Assembly (NCBI GenBank): GCA_030704615.1
Contig: CM060732.1
Location: 66,712,001 to 66,776,000 of the forward strand
DNA length: 64,000 nt
Reading direction: 5' to 3'
Source: Takakia lepidozioides
Lineage: Eukaryota > Plantae > Bryophyta
The translations under genes and the position numbers were made by a program. Positions 26,701 through 39,100 of this stretch are shown in pieces. Numbering within the stretch: position 1 is the stretch's first letter; each line of letters opens with the position of its first letter. The notes beneath the pieces were generated by a model. It was not told where the DNA came from, did no database searches, and saw nothing but the letters and a program-made list of their open reading frames with translations.

Positions 26701-29700
26701 AAGTACCGAGAGGACTTGATAAAGCGAGGGGTCTTGGTTGTTCCCTTGGTGTGGAGTGGGGAGAAAGCGGCACTCGGAAAGAAAGGTTTTGGGGGTTTGC
26801 GAAAGTCAACTGCTACTCCAGTGACCGCTGGGGTAGGTGCAGCCCTCAGTAATCTTGTCCCTCAGTTTGTCTCTTTGGCATTCTTAGCGTGTGCATCTGT
26901 CTGTCTGTCTCTCCCTTTGTGGGTGTGTTACATGCCCACAGAGGGGACCCTTAGTGCTGACGCAGACAAAGCCTTCGAAGATGTAAAGCTGGACTGTGCT
27001 AAGTTCCTCGCCAAAGGTCAGGTCGTCTTATTGGGTGACTTCAATGCCCGGGGGCAAAGGTCTCCATCAGGATGATACCATTGGGCCTATTGGTGAGCTG
27101 GATTCTAATGGTAGACGGTTAATAAACTGTCTGGAAGAACTTCAGCTTTTGGCCTTGAATAATTGGTCAAAAGGAGTCCAAGTGCAGTGGAAGCCCAAAC
27201 TGGGGAACGTTCCATTGTGGATTCTATCATAATGGACATAAATTTGTTTCCCAGAGTGCCAGTGTGTTGATCGACAGAACTGATATTGGTACCTCTGACC
27301 ACTTCCTGGTTTGGACTGAGATCAAAAGGTGTTTTCCCAACACCAAGAGATCTGTAAAACGTTCAATTCGGAAGTGGCGCATAGAAAATTTCCAAAATGA
27401 AGAGGTCAAGGCTGAGTATGTCCAGGCCTTGCAAGAGGCTCTCCCTCATTTTGTCCAATCGCTCCAAGACCTGCAGTCTCCCTCTGGCAATGCAAGAAAT
27501 CGAAAGAGCAGTGGATTCTTGGGAGAGTTTTGTCTCCTCTGTGACTGACAAGATCATTGGGAGGAAACTAATTATCTGTGGTAGAGCTGTTAATTGGTGG
27601 ACCAATGAGATTAAACTCAAGATAGCTGAAAGACGAGTCCTCTATAAAGAGTGCTGCAATTTGAAAACCAACAAAGAATTGTGGGTTAAGTACTACCAGA
27701 TCCGCAAAGATATCAATAAGCTTGTAAGGTCTCAGAAGAAATTATAGTGGGACAAGCTATACAGTGAAATAAACTCAAACCACCATGGTGGTAATGACAA
27801 GAGATTCTGGTTGGCCCTTCAACGTTTGTACAAGCCGAAAACTGTCAGCAAGTACAAGCACTGAGGACTACTAAGGGTGCAGTGGTGACTTCAACGGTTG
27901 ACATTGTCAAAACCTTTGAAACCCACTACAGTATCCTTGGCAGATTTTCTAGGTCTAACAGTGAGGGGTCCTCTGAAGAATGGAAGGACAGTTGGAAAAA
28001 CTGTTCCTACGATTCAAGACAGCCCTAATGAATTGGAATATATTTCAAAGGCTTACAACGCTCCCATTAGTTCTTCTGAGATTGTGGAAGCAATTGAGCA
28101 TTTAAACGGATATAAAGCTGGTGGACCTGATGGCATAGTCAACGAGCTTATCAAGCACGGTGGCGATCCCATGATAGAGGCCCTTGTCTACGGCATAGGG
28201 AAGACTCCTTCCAATCTCCAAGAGTTGATTGATCGCGCGGAGAGATACTTTTACCTGCGGGGCCCAGAGGCTAATGTCAATAAATGTGCAGTGGTGGTAT
28301 TCAACGACCGAGGAGAGGGAGGAGGTGATCTCAAGTGGCAGTGGGAAGCCAAGAGATTCCGGTCCTCCCTTCCTAAACATACCTCGGCGTTGATTTTTCC
28401 TCCAACTGTAATTGGGATGCACATATTCAGAAAGTTGTTCAAACTGGCAAGCGAAAAGCGCTGGGTCTCACTAAATTTTTCCTCTGCAGAGGGATCAACT
28501 CTGCGGTCAAGAAAACCATGCTTTGTCATGTTATTAGTGTTGGAGGTGTCAAGGCTATAGCCCTTGCACGGCACTCTGAGAACAGAAAGGGACGGGTAGC
28601 TCAGTGGTAGAGCACCCCACCGGAATGGGGGAGGTCCTAGGTTCAATCCCTAGCCTGACCATACGCCAGTGGTTTTCCAACATGGTATCAGAGCCAAGGT
28701 TGGGGCGGTGGTCAGAATGGGTGGGCATCAGCTTTAAGGGCTATGCCTTGAGGGGGAGTGTTGGAGGTGTCAAGGCTATAGCCCTTGCACGGCACTCTGA
28801 GAACAGAAAGGGACGGGTAGCTCAGTGGTAGAGCACCCCACCGGAATGGGGGAGGTCCTAGGTTCAATCCCTAGCCTGACCATACGCCAGTGGTTTTCCA
28901 ACAATTAGACCTTCCTTGGAGTACGCATCTGCAATATGGGTAACTCCAACCAGGCTAGGTCTCTAGAATCCATTCAAGTGGGGGCGCTTAAGGAGTGCAC
29001 GTCAGCATGCTCCAAAACAGCCAATGTGGCTGTTTGGGGTGAGTTTGGCATCCCTTAAGCTCCCGATGAGATGAATTCAAGGTCAGGTGGTGGGGTCAGC
29101 TGCAACGTATGTCCAACATCAGATATCCTAAGTTAGTTGACTCTATATCTTGGAAACAGGATCGCCCTGTCAAACAGGCTAAGTTCTGGCGGAAGAGAGT
29201 AAAAGAGATTCTCAAGGATCTGCTTGCATGTCTTGACCCTGCTGGATAAAACTGACTTAGAGGCTGTAGTGTCCAAATCCATGTCTGTTGCCAGGAAATT
29301 GTCCGAGGAGAATGAAGTTAGGCAGAAAACTTCCCTGAACTTGTTTCTAGTCTGTGACATGGGGGAGGCCATGATGGATGACCTCAAGGGTCTACCCACT
29401 CTCGGCACTAGACTGAAATTTAAACTCAGGGCAGGAAGCCTATCTTTGAACAGCAAACAGAAGCAGAGAGGAAAGGGAGAGTGCAATTGCCCGTTGTGTG
29501 GGCAACCTGAAGACAATATTCATTTTCTGATTCATTGTCCAGGGTTCTCTCACCAGAGAGACGCTCTCTTGAAATCTATCAAGGGAATTGTGCCTGTACC
29601 CCTGTTTACCAACTTTGAAAGTCTCGAGGCTGAGCCAAAAGCCCAGGCCCTCCTGAGGCCTAGTTTTTGGGCAAATCACACACAGCAGATTGATGCTTGT

Positions 29701-31087
29701 GTGAAGGGATTTCTAGAGGATATCTGGAAAACCCGGATTAATTCTTTATATGGAGGTAAGTCTTACTACCAACGTCAGCCCCTGACAGAGGTAGGTTCTG
29801 TCCCTTTTGTTCCCGCTCAAACTGGGCGTGGGGTCAAGGGCCACAAGGCTACAGCAAACGTCGTCGTGATCATCCATGTACCTTGGTTACATCCCAGTTT
29901 CAGAATGTTAAAAAAAATACACTATAGGTGTGACCCATGCACTATAGGTGTACCTCTCACAAGTGGCAATGGCTGTAGTGTGCTATGGTGGGCTCATTAA
30001 GGAGCTACTTTATACTTTTAAGGAGCTAACAGAATGAAGTTAAGTAGCTACATTGTGCTTTGCATAGTGAAAGCTGTTAGTGCTGCAACTGCACCCCTCT
30101 GGTATATAAGGCGGCCCCATATCTGGTTCTCATTCCATAGAGCAGCAGTCAAGTGAGAAGAGAGGAGGTGAGAGGGCATGGCTTCTCAATCGTCTCCAGC
30201 TTACTACTTTCAAGCCATAGCTGAAAGCCTTGTCTCACAATGAGTTGTTTTAGCACCCATTACAACCCAGACATTACTACGTCATACAGGTAAAACACTG
30301 TATCTCAGGAGCATTCTGGGTCACCACCTCTTGTCTCAGCATCTTTTGTATGAATCATGTTACACAGATAGCCAGTAAATCATCAACATGTCATAGACGT
30401 GCAGTCTCCACGTAGACCACAAAGTTCAACCACTCTTCTGGTGATGTTGGAACTAGACTGAGAAGATGGTCGGGTGGGGGGGTAACAGGATGAGTTCGAG
30501 AAGCGAGCACAGGATGTTGCTGCCAAGGCTGTCATCCAAGCAGAACGCCGTTTTAAGGCTGAGCCCGTTTCACCACTCCAGTGGGAAAGGTCCGCAGTTG
30601 GTCATTTACATAGATTTCAAATTTCCACGTGAGACGAGCTGTCTCAGTAGCCAGGGCTGCTATTATCTGTTCTCTTGGCATTCATCCTGGTTGGACAAAT
30701 GGAGTTAAGTTGGTCCTGTAAGGTCATAGAACTCATGCACATGCCCATTTTCTTCTTTCACACAGCTGGATGCAAGAGCAGCAACAGTCAGAAGGAGTGA
30801 CCCCTGGAGAGGATGTCTTCATAGTCCTTCGTCTCGATGGTCGTATTCGAAAGTCAGGGCGGGTGAGTACGCACTTGAAGTTTTCATCCCATCCAGCTTT
30901 GTTAGACCAGCTGATGCTACTCATTCTGGTTTTTCATTGTTTTTCAACTGAGATGGAAAATGAGGAAGAGGTGGGTTTTCCAATCTTCACTTGTGTAATG
31001 TTTGTGACACAGGGGATGCCGTATTGGCAAGAAATCGTGAATGAGTTACCTCCTTTGGATGCCCTTATCAGCAAATTGGAGAAGTAG
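23792..31087 (+). CDS. LPA1: LOW PSII ACCUMULATION 1 (TPR + DUF3493), chloroplast PSII assembly factor
   Basis: Ser/Ala/Arg-rich transit peptide; GLSLFSKGR|VKDAL...AALYNKACCHA; KFSIILNDPD; FRRDLKLISEVQAPFR; RDETLSRLPLRLSTNRVVELVQLR; LRLDGRIRKSGR|GMPYW. About 9 exons; start codon approximate. Confidence 0.92.
28538..28903 (+). mobile_element. 366-bp TRIM (non-autonomous LTR element) with tRNA-derived LTRs
   Basis: Two identical 145-bp LTRs (28538-28682, 28759-28903; tgttgga...tccaaca), PBS tggtatcagagcc at 28683 (tRNAiMet-type), PPT gagggggag, and 5-bp TSD attag (28533-28537 / 28904-28908). Confidence 0.96.
28590..28661 (+). ncRNA. tRNA-like sequence in the 5' LTR (Pol III A/B boxes); second copy at 28811-28882
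   Basis: Cloverleaf ggacggg / gctc-agtggta-gagc / cccca-ccggaat-ggggg / ctagg-ttcaatc-cctag / cctgacc-a. The anticodon loop lacks U33 and the acceptor stem has an A:A mismatch. Confidence 0.8.
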
Positions 31088-32707
31088 GCACAAAGTACAA
31101 AGTCTGCCAAGAATTACTCTGGCTCAGCGAGGTCCTCACCAGTGCTGGATCCTATCAAGATGATCCACACTTTCATTCGACCTCTGTGCTCTAGTGAGGT
31201 GTCCTCCAATCACAATACTTGACATGAATAAGTTCTCTGCATGGGGCGCAAAGCTGTGTGTATTGACTGAAAGTGATCAACAAAAGATTGTACCATAAGC
31301 ATGTTTTCTCCCCATTTCTTCTGCTTTGTTTCCTTGAAGGATCGAGCAAGCTATGGGCACAGCCGGGTGAAGTCATTAGAGCACCTTTCCGTGTGGCCCA
31401 TACCCATCACCTTTCTCCCACCTTTGCAGATCCACCCCTAGGTGATCTATGCCCAGGCAACGCACAAACACCCCACCACTACCTGCTCTAGTGCTAAATA
31501 TCATGTTTATTAGATCAAAATGTTGGTGGAAAGTGATATGTCGGAAATCAATGGAGAAAACTAGTGTAACCATAATCTTTTGTCTCTTCTTGTCCCTGTG
31601 GAGGCTCAACGATAAGCAAGACGCTATCAAATTGTAAAAGAACTCGCTCTTACCGGAAGTCCATCTCTTGTGGTAGGTCTCATTTTCTATTTTTGATCCT
31701 TCATATTTTACATGCATTTGTGGACCAAGAGTGGGACGTGCTTAGCCATCTGATTTTGGAGTAAAATCTTGCTACTTTCTAGTTGTGTGTGATAGATAGA
31801 GAAGAGACTTTGACTCAAGCTGACGTAATTGAGAGCCATGTATGTATGATATTATGTTCTCCCCCACTTCCCAGTCCGCCAAGTACCTCCTCTCAACCTC
31901 GTCACCTGGCATCATCTTATCTCTGTCATCGTTCTTTCTCAGTATAGGAGGGTCAAGCCCGGTGATATGTGCAACTAAGCAACTTAGCATCTAGTGTGCA
32001 ACTAGCATTTAAAACATAACCAGCCCGTGACAGAGAGTGCGAGCTCGAGTGAGAGATGCATTTTGCGTACACACCCATCTCATATGTAGCACCTCCCTCT
32101 TCCATGTATAACGACGTATAGCTCACGCTCTTAATCCAGTTGCAGCTAGCCACCATGGTCACCTCCTCTCCTCCTCCTGCCTGATCATCCATGAAATTAT
32201 ACATAACTTCCAAGTTAAGAGGGATTTTCAATATACACAACTTCTAAATTCTAATGATCGAAGTAAGGCTCAAATGAACCGTAGATGATCACCCTCAATG
32301 CCTCCTCAATGATTGGTCGATCATGAAAAGTACTAGGGGAGGAAGATCTCCTCTCCAAATAATTCATGTATATACCAGAACTTGCATACATATGCGATAG
32401 TCGCCGGGAAAAACCCTAAGACGAGACCATGACAGAGAAAAAGAATCAAGACAGAGAAAAAGTCTAGGACTCAGACCAAGGCCACAAAAGTAGAAGTGTA
32501 CAAGTATGCCAATGCTCATAGATGCATCACACATAGTGTGCACCTAATGTAATTTACAACAAATTTGAGCATGGGGAGCATCATTAGGTAAGGAATAAAG
32601 GCCCATGTGAATAACTGCAAGTCTTATTAATTTCTACAAAGCACCAGTTTCCAATTCCTGGAATTTATGAAGTCCTGATCATTTGCCTTGAAGATCACGT
32701 TCACCTT

Positions 32708-35700
32708 TTACAATTTGTTGCCAGGGGTATTGTCGTCAGATGGAGCATCGTGACAACTTGCTAACGCCCGGCCTGGAATTCGAGGGCAGGTCGCCCACTG
32801 CAAGCGTGGAGTTACCATATGGAGTTCAGAACTGCCCAGAGGAGAGAGATTACAATGTAGTATAGCAGCTTCCGACTTCTTTGAAACTCAGATCTTTTCA
32901 TGTTGTACATGGTATACATGTATGTGTATACATTGCACAGCTCCAGACATAAAATAGAGCTTTAGACAAGCAAATTTATAGGCTAGTGCAGTAGGGAACC
33001 ACTCTATATGTATAACCTGAAGAGTTTCGGTTAAAGAGAATGATCCTAGGGTGATCGTGACCCGGCTAACAGGCAAATGAGTTGATATCATAGTTTGGAT
33101 CAAATTAAGTTTACAAGAACATGAAATACATATATATGCAGTTCGCATTATGTGGAGTCATTAATAATATTTTGCTATATAAAAGCAAAAAATATCCACA
33201 CACATGACAGTTGACCCGCGCAAGTTTGGACTCTAGTCTATAGCTATAATCAGGCATGGTCAATCGGCTTACACTTTTAGATGCAGCAGCAAAAACCTGT
33301 CTGTGAGTTAATACGGGTTTCTCAGCCTTGATTCTCTGCATTTCTTCCCTATAGCACAATGTACATGAAGGGTGAGATAGATATCAACATATATCTCGAT
33401 CCTATCTCGATCAACTCCGAGCTGCTGCAAACTAAAAGTAAAGTGAATTGTACTAGTCCGCTCAACATTGAACAAACCTCTTAGAGACCAAAACGTGCAC
33501 TCTCTTATACCAATACGTTCATATTCTGATGCAATGCACTATTAGATTGATCTATTTGAAAATTAGATCTTGTAAATATCTGATATAAATGCAAGATCTG
33601 ATCATATATATGCTGATGTATGCAAGACCATCCTATAGGTCTATTAAACAAAAACGTGGAGTGTAACTGTAGTCCGATAATCAGTAATTAGAAACATGAG
33701 CTGCTGAGGACTGAAGCTAGATATGTTACTTAGACTGTACTGAATGATAGGGTGTAAAGCACATGATGTTTCTGTTCAGCGAGTGCATACCTCATGAAGA
33801 TATTGTAAGCTGATGGAATTCGAGCGTGCTTCTTTCCTGCAATAGTTCCGAGATTTTCAATGTCTTGTACTGAACGGATTTTCGCCAGATGTGCTTTGAC
33901 GCCCCTAGCGTATAAGAACTGTTTGGATGTGCGTTCATAACATCCATCGTGTACAATGTATATATATATGGACATGTATGAAGTATACTGTAATGAAGGA
34001 CCTAGGGATATATAGCACCGTGAACCTGCTTTCATTAATTAAACAGAGAATTAGCACCCTCTTATCACCCGGCCAGGCCTGCATGGAGTGATTTGGTAAA
34101 TCAAGAACAAACCAGCTGGGATATCTGCCTTTAGCTTATAATCTGACATACTTGATCGTCCGTCATTTTCCAGGCTCACGTCCTTGACAGGCTTAATTCT
34201 TGGTTTGGCCGAAGAAGCAGATGACATGGAGCTGGTTATCGACCTGTTGCTCAGAACAGCCTTGGGTTTTGGTGGTGATAAAACCAGAGTTACAGTTTCA
34301 CTTGACTTTCCATGTGACCGCTCCGTCTCAGTGGTATAGGTTGATAATGGATTTCCAGATTCCTGTATGTGTGTACATTCCAACACGAGTTTTATTCACT
34401 TTCAAAGTCTGAACATGTTCTCAATCTGAAAATTTAATGTAAAGAATATAATGTGCAGCCGGCTCCCACGCTGTTTCAAACACAATCGCTGGTCCGCACG
34501 TGACGCGAAACGATTCACCGCAATACTTATTAAAGCACAAATTAGTCCAACTGTATGCGTCCGAACGTCAAATAATTTGCAGGAACAAAGAGATGAGCAT
34601 GGTAGGAAACACACTGCACCAGCCATAGCATTAGGATATACCGTGCAGTCGTAAGAAAAATTCAAGAAGAAAGTTCGTATCTACAATTTTGGCTAAAATG
34701 AAAAGGCATTCAGCCGTCCGCTGAACAAGAAATTAATCTCTATCAGACCAGTTACAACGGAAACGAAATAGTAGTACTTTATAACGTCCGCGGGAAGCTC
34801 AAAGAGCTTATGGGACGAGGAAGAAGGAAAGTTGTCTAAGGGATTGTCTAAGAGTGAATACTTGATGCAAGTAAGCTGCCAAGCATTTCTGATCCTCGTT
34901 ATGGAAGATCTGAGGGAGAGATTGGGAGTGAGGACTCGTAATATGCCTCAGGGGATTGAGTACAGACCGTGGGCAGAGTTATATACTCCGGCTCAGAGTG
35001 CAGATCCACAGCAAGAAGGGCAGTGCAGTGGCCACAATGCACTATTATGGATGGAAATTCCATGGAAGTGCCTGGCACATTCACCTGTCCTTAACAGAAA
35101 CAAAAACAAATTAATCGAATTTCCGCTTCAATGTACAACTATATTGCCCTGAGCCATACCTTTCACACTGTCTTAGTCAGCAGTAACCGATCTTTTTCGA
35201 TAATTTGAACAGGATTAACTTCTTTGATGCTATCCGAACTGACCCGGCCCCCTTTCGCTCATTCTGGTTCTTTGTCCCCGTCTCAATAACTGGACTCTCT
35301 AAGTATCCCGCAGGCGCGATTGCGCGACTTACTACATCCTAAATCTCGCAAGTGAGATTCTGCCTCCTTTGCATCAGAATACTATATTAACAGTAAAAAA
35401 GGGAGCATAGATACAGGCACACGACAGGTCTCATAAAGATTAAAGCAAACTCGGATCGAACATCTCTAGTATTCAACAATCCTGCAACGTACACACAGAA
35501 ACTGGATTCTTTCTTTTCTTCTTCCAGTCATCAAAACACAAAAACTGGATTATGTAATTCTTTTCTCCTTCCGAAAATTAAATTTCAGCTTGACCAGTTC
35601 AAGAATTCCCCAGCTAATATCTACAACCTTAAATCGCCACAGTACTTGATGTGAGCTGTTACAACGACAGATTTACCGCGAGCATGACATTGCAGAAGCC

Positions 35701-35769
35701 GCAATGCACCCGACAAACAAACGAAGCCTGCGTGCTGAGCGATACCATCGTTTGCCCGAGGCCTGACAT
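32708..35769 (-). CDS. YABBY transcription factor (C2C2 zinc finger + YABBY HMG-like domain), 6 exons, ~223 aa
   Basis: Exons 35769-35677 (VCRVHCGFCNVMLA), 35084-34968 (VNVP...IVHCGHCTALLAV), 34362-34113, 33836-33791 (KKHARIPSAYNIFMR), 33348-33273 (EEMQRIKAEKPVLTHRQVFAAASKS), 32797-32708 (WATCP...stop). Phases join to 672 nt, with YABBY-typical intron positions. Confidence 0.93.
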
Positions 35770-36164
35770 AGCCTGACAATGCCTGTAAAATCACCGCCTC
35801 CCGTGTGGTCTCTAGACTCTAACAAATTCGGCTCCTGAGACGAGGCTCCTCTCTTGCTGCACCTGATCTCTTCAGAAAAATGCTCAGATTACGTGCAACG
35901 AACGCACGCTAACCAGGTACTTCATCCAAAGGGATGAAACTCTTCGTTCATCCTGCGCGTGCTTAAACTCCACAGCACTTTCACTCCTGATTTTCCTACA
36001 CTTGATTGCTGCTCTTGGATTATCAAATTTGCACAGTGCTTACTGCCATGGCAATTCACAGAAGTTGTACTATTGTTTGCGTCCATTTTACTCTGTAAGA
36101 TTGAAAAATGTGGGAGCTGTCACCCTCTTGTTTGAGCATGCACTCTTCATACATGTAGCTTGTC

Positions 36165-39100
36165 TCACCAGTAATCTCCACAGGAACAAACCCCAGCTTT
36201 GAAGCGGTGGAAGCGACTGGCATCCCGTACAACAAGCACTCGCCCCACAATCTTTGAAATGAACTTGGTGGCAGTGTGGCAGTCACCACACACACGGAGG
36301 TTCTTGATGATGCGGATAGGTGTCCCAGGTGGCATGCTGATAAGCCCAAAAGCAATGGCCAGTTTCTCACTGTGATGGCAAAGAAAAGATTCCTTCTGCT
36401 CTTCCTCCACATTTTGCAACACAAAGCGTGTGTCAGGCACATACCCGGCCTCCTTCATGCTCTCAGTCAACTTCTTCATCTTTGCATGGATTTCCTCAAT
36501 TTGTGGATGTAATTTGTCATCTGCAACAAATGTATGCACCCGGTTGTCCACCTCAATGTAGCTGCACCCTGGCTCCTTTCTGACACCTCTGTCCTGCATC
36601 ATTTTTCTCACCTTTGCTGTGTCATCCCATCTGCCAGCAGCAGCATAGATGTTTGATAGCAACACGTAAGTGGCAGCATCGTGTGGATCCCACTTGAGAA
36701 GGCAATCTGCCGCACGTTCTGCTACATCCACATTACCATGGATTCTGCAGGCACCAAGCAAGGGGCCCCATACTGAAACATCTGGCTGAACTGGCATTCT
36801 GCCAATGAGGTCCTCTGCCTCGTCCAGTCGCCCTGCACGGCCAAGAAGATCCACCATGCAACCAAAATGCTCCACTGCAGGCATGAGGCCATGATCTTGA
36901 CTCATGGACTCAAAATAGTGTTGTCCCTCATCCAACAGGCCCACATGGCTACATGCCGAGAGAACACATATAAAGGTGATGCCGTTTGGCTTCAAGGATT
37001 CTTGTTGCATTTGTTCAAATAGTTGCAGGGCCTCCATACCGCACCCATGCTGGGCATATCCTGCGATCATTGCATTCCATGACACCACATCTCGTGCAGC
37101 CATTTTGTCAAACACTTGATGAGCATCCTTGATGCTCCCGCATTTCGCATACATGTCTACAAGGGTGTTTTCAAGAATGATATCTTGCGTGATTCCAGCT
37201 TTAACAATGTCAGAGTGGACCTCTATGCCTTTTTCCAGGGCTGCCAGGCTGGCACACGCATTGAGCACGCAAGTAAATGAAACCTTGTTGGGTGTCACCC
37301 CTTCCTGTATCATTTGCTCGTAGAAATCCAATGCATCCCTACCAGCATCATGCTGAGCATACCCTGTAATAATGGCACTCCACGAGACCACGTCTGGCTT
37401 CACGCCTTCAAGTTGCATTTGCTCAAACAGTTGGAGGGCCTGCCTACTACAACCATGCTGACCATATCCTGCTATCATCGCATTCCAGGACACCACATCT
37501 CGTTTAGCCATACCATCGAACACTTGCCGGGCATCCTCTATGCTCCCGCATTTGGCATACATGTCGACAAGGGCGTTCTCCAGAGTGATATCTGACACAA
37601 TTCCAGCTTTCATCATGTCAGCATGGACCTCTAAGCCCTTATCCAGAGCTGCCAGGCTGGCACATGCCTTCAGCAAGCAAGTGAAGGTGACCTTGCTGGG
37701 TTTCACCCCTTCCCCTATCATTTGCTCATAAATCTCCAAAGCCTCCCTACCACACCCATTTTGATTGTATCCTGCTATCATCACATTCCAAGACACCACA
37801 TCTCGTTTAGATATATTATCAAACACTTGGCAGGCATCCTTGATGCTCCCACATTTGCCATACATGTCGATAAGGGTGTTCTCCAGATTGGTATCTGGAA
37901 TGACTCCAGCTTTGATGATATCAGCATGGACCTGTATGCCCTTTACCAGGGACGTCAGGCTGGCACAGGCATTGAGAACACAAATAAAAGTGACCCTGTC
38001 GGGTATAAGCCCTCCCCGTGTCATTTTCTCATACAACTCAACAGCCTCCCTGCCACCTCCATTCTGACCATATCCTGCTATCATAACATTCCATGATACC
38101 ACATCTCGTTTGGCCATATTGTCAAATATTTGACGTGCATCCTTTATGCTCCCACATTTCGCATACATGTCAAGGATGGTGTTCTCAAGAATGATATCTG
38201 GAATAATTCCAGCTTTGGTAATGTCTGCGTGGACCTGTATGCCCTTTTCCAGGGCTGCCAGGCTCGCACATGCCTTAAGAATGCAGATAAAAGTGACCCC
38301 ATTAGTGGTCATCCCTTTTCGTGTCATTTCTTCATAAATCTCGACAGCCTCCTTACAACACCCATGCTGACCATACCCTGCTATCATCACATTCCATGAC
38401 ACCACATCTCGTTTAGCCATAGAATTGAACACTCTACGCGCATCCGGTATGCTCCGGCATTTGGCATACATGTCAACGAGGGTATTCTCTAGATTAATAT
38501 CTGGTGCAATTCCAGCTTTGATTATGTCAGCATGGACTTCTTTGCCTTTTTGTAGAGATGCCAGGCCAGCACATGCCTTTAGAAGGCAAATGAAAGTGAC
38601 CTTGTCTGGTGCCACTCCTTCCTGTATCATGTGCTCATAGATATTGAAAGCTTCCCTACCACACCCATGCTTTGCATATCCAGCTATCATAATATTCCAC
38701 GAAAACATATCCCGTCCAAACATTTCGTCAAACACACGGCGTGCATCATCCACGCTACCACACTTGGCATACATATTGACTAGAGTATTGAGTATAAATA
38801 TGTTTGGTTTGAATCCACTTTGGATGATGTGGCTGTGCACCTGCTTTCCCTCTGCTAGGCCTTGTATTTTGGTGCACTCCCGCAAAAGACAAAAGTAAGT
38901 ATTGAGGTCTGCTGGAATGCCTCGTTGGTTCAAAATGTGCAGAGCCTCTTCCAGTTGTCCTGCCATACATAGTGTCTTCACATCATCCCATTGTGCTTGA
39001 CTCTGTAGCATGGCAGCTAGCTCTGCTTTCACCCAAGGAGGGTTCAACAGACCCTCAATCCAAAGGACTTCCTTGGAGCGCTTATGTCTGAAGTCTGGCG

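Larger units (their letters stand above)
26915..29865 (+). mobile_element. Degenerate LINE (APE endonuclease, internally deleted RT, C-terminal Zn knuckle) in an LPA1 intron
   Basis: VVLLGDFNAR, NGRRLI, DIGTSDHFLVW (APE); KAGGPDGIVNELIK then directly LQELI...ANVNKCAVVVF (RT core deleted); CPLCGQPEDNIHFLIHCP. Confidence 0.92.

Noticed and set aside
28590-28882. Two genuine tRNA genes
   Set aside because: Both lie inside identical LTRs, lack U33 and have stem mismatches; they are tRNA-derived TE parts.
37129-38898. Many 60-120-aa ORFs antisense to the PPR genes (MLPHLAYMS...)
   Set aside because: Shadow ORFs of repetitive PPR codons; the same occurs at 55099-56191 and 62013-63891.
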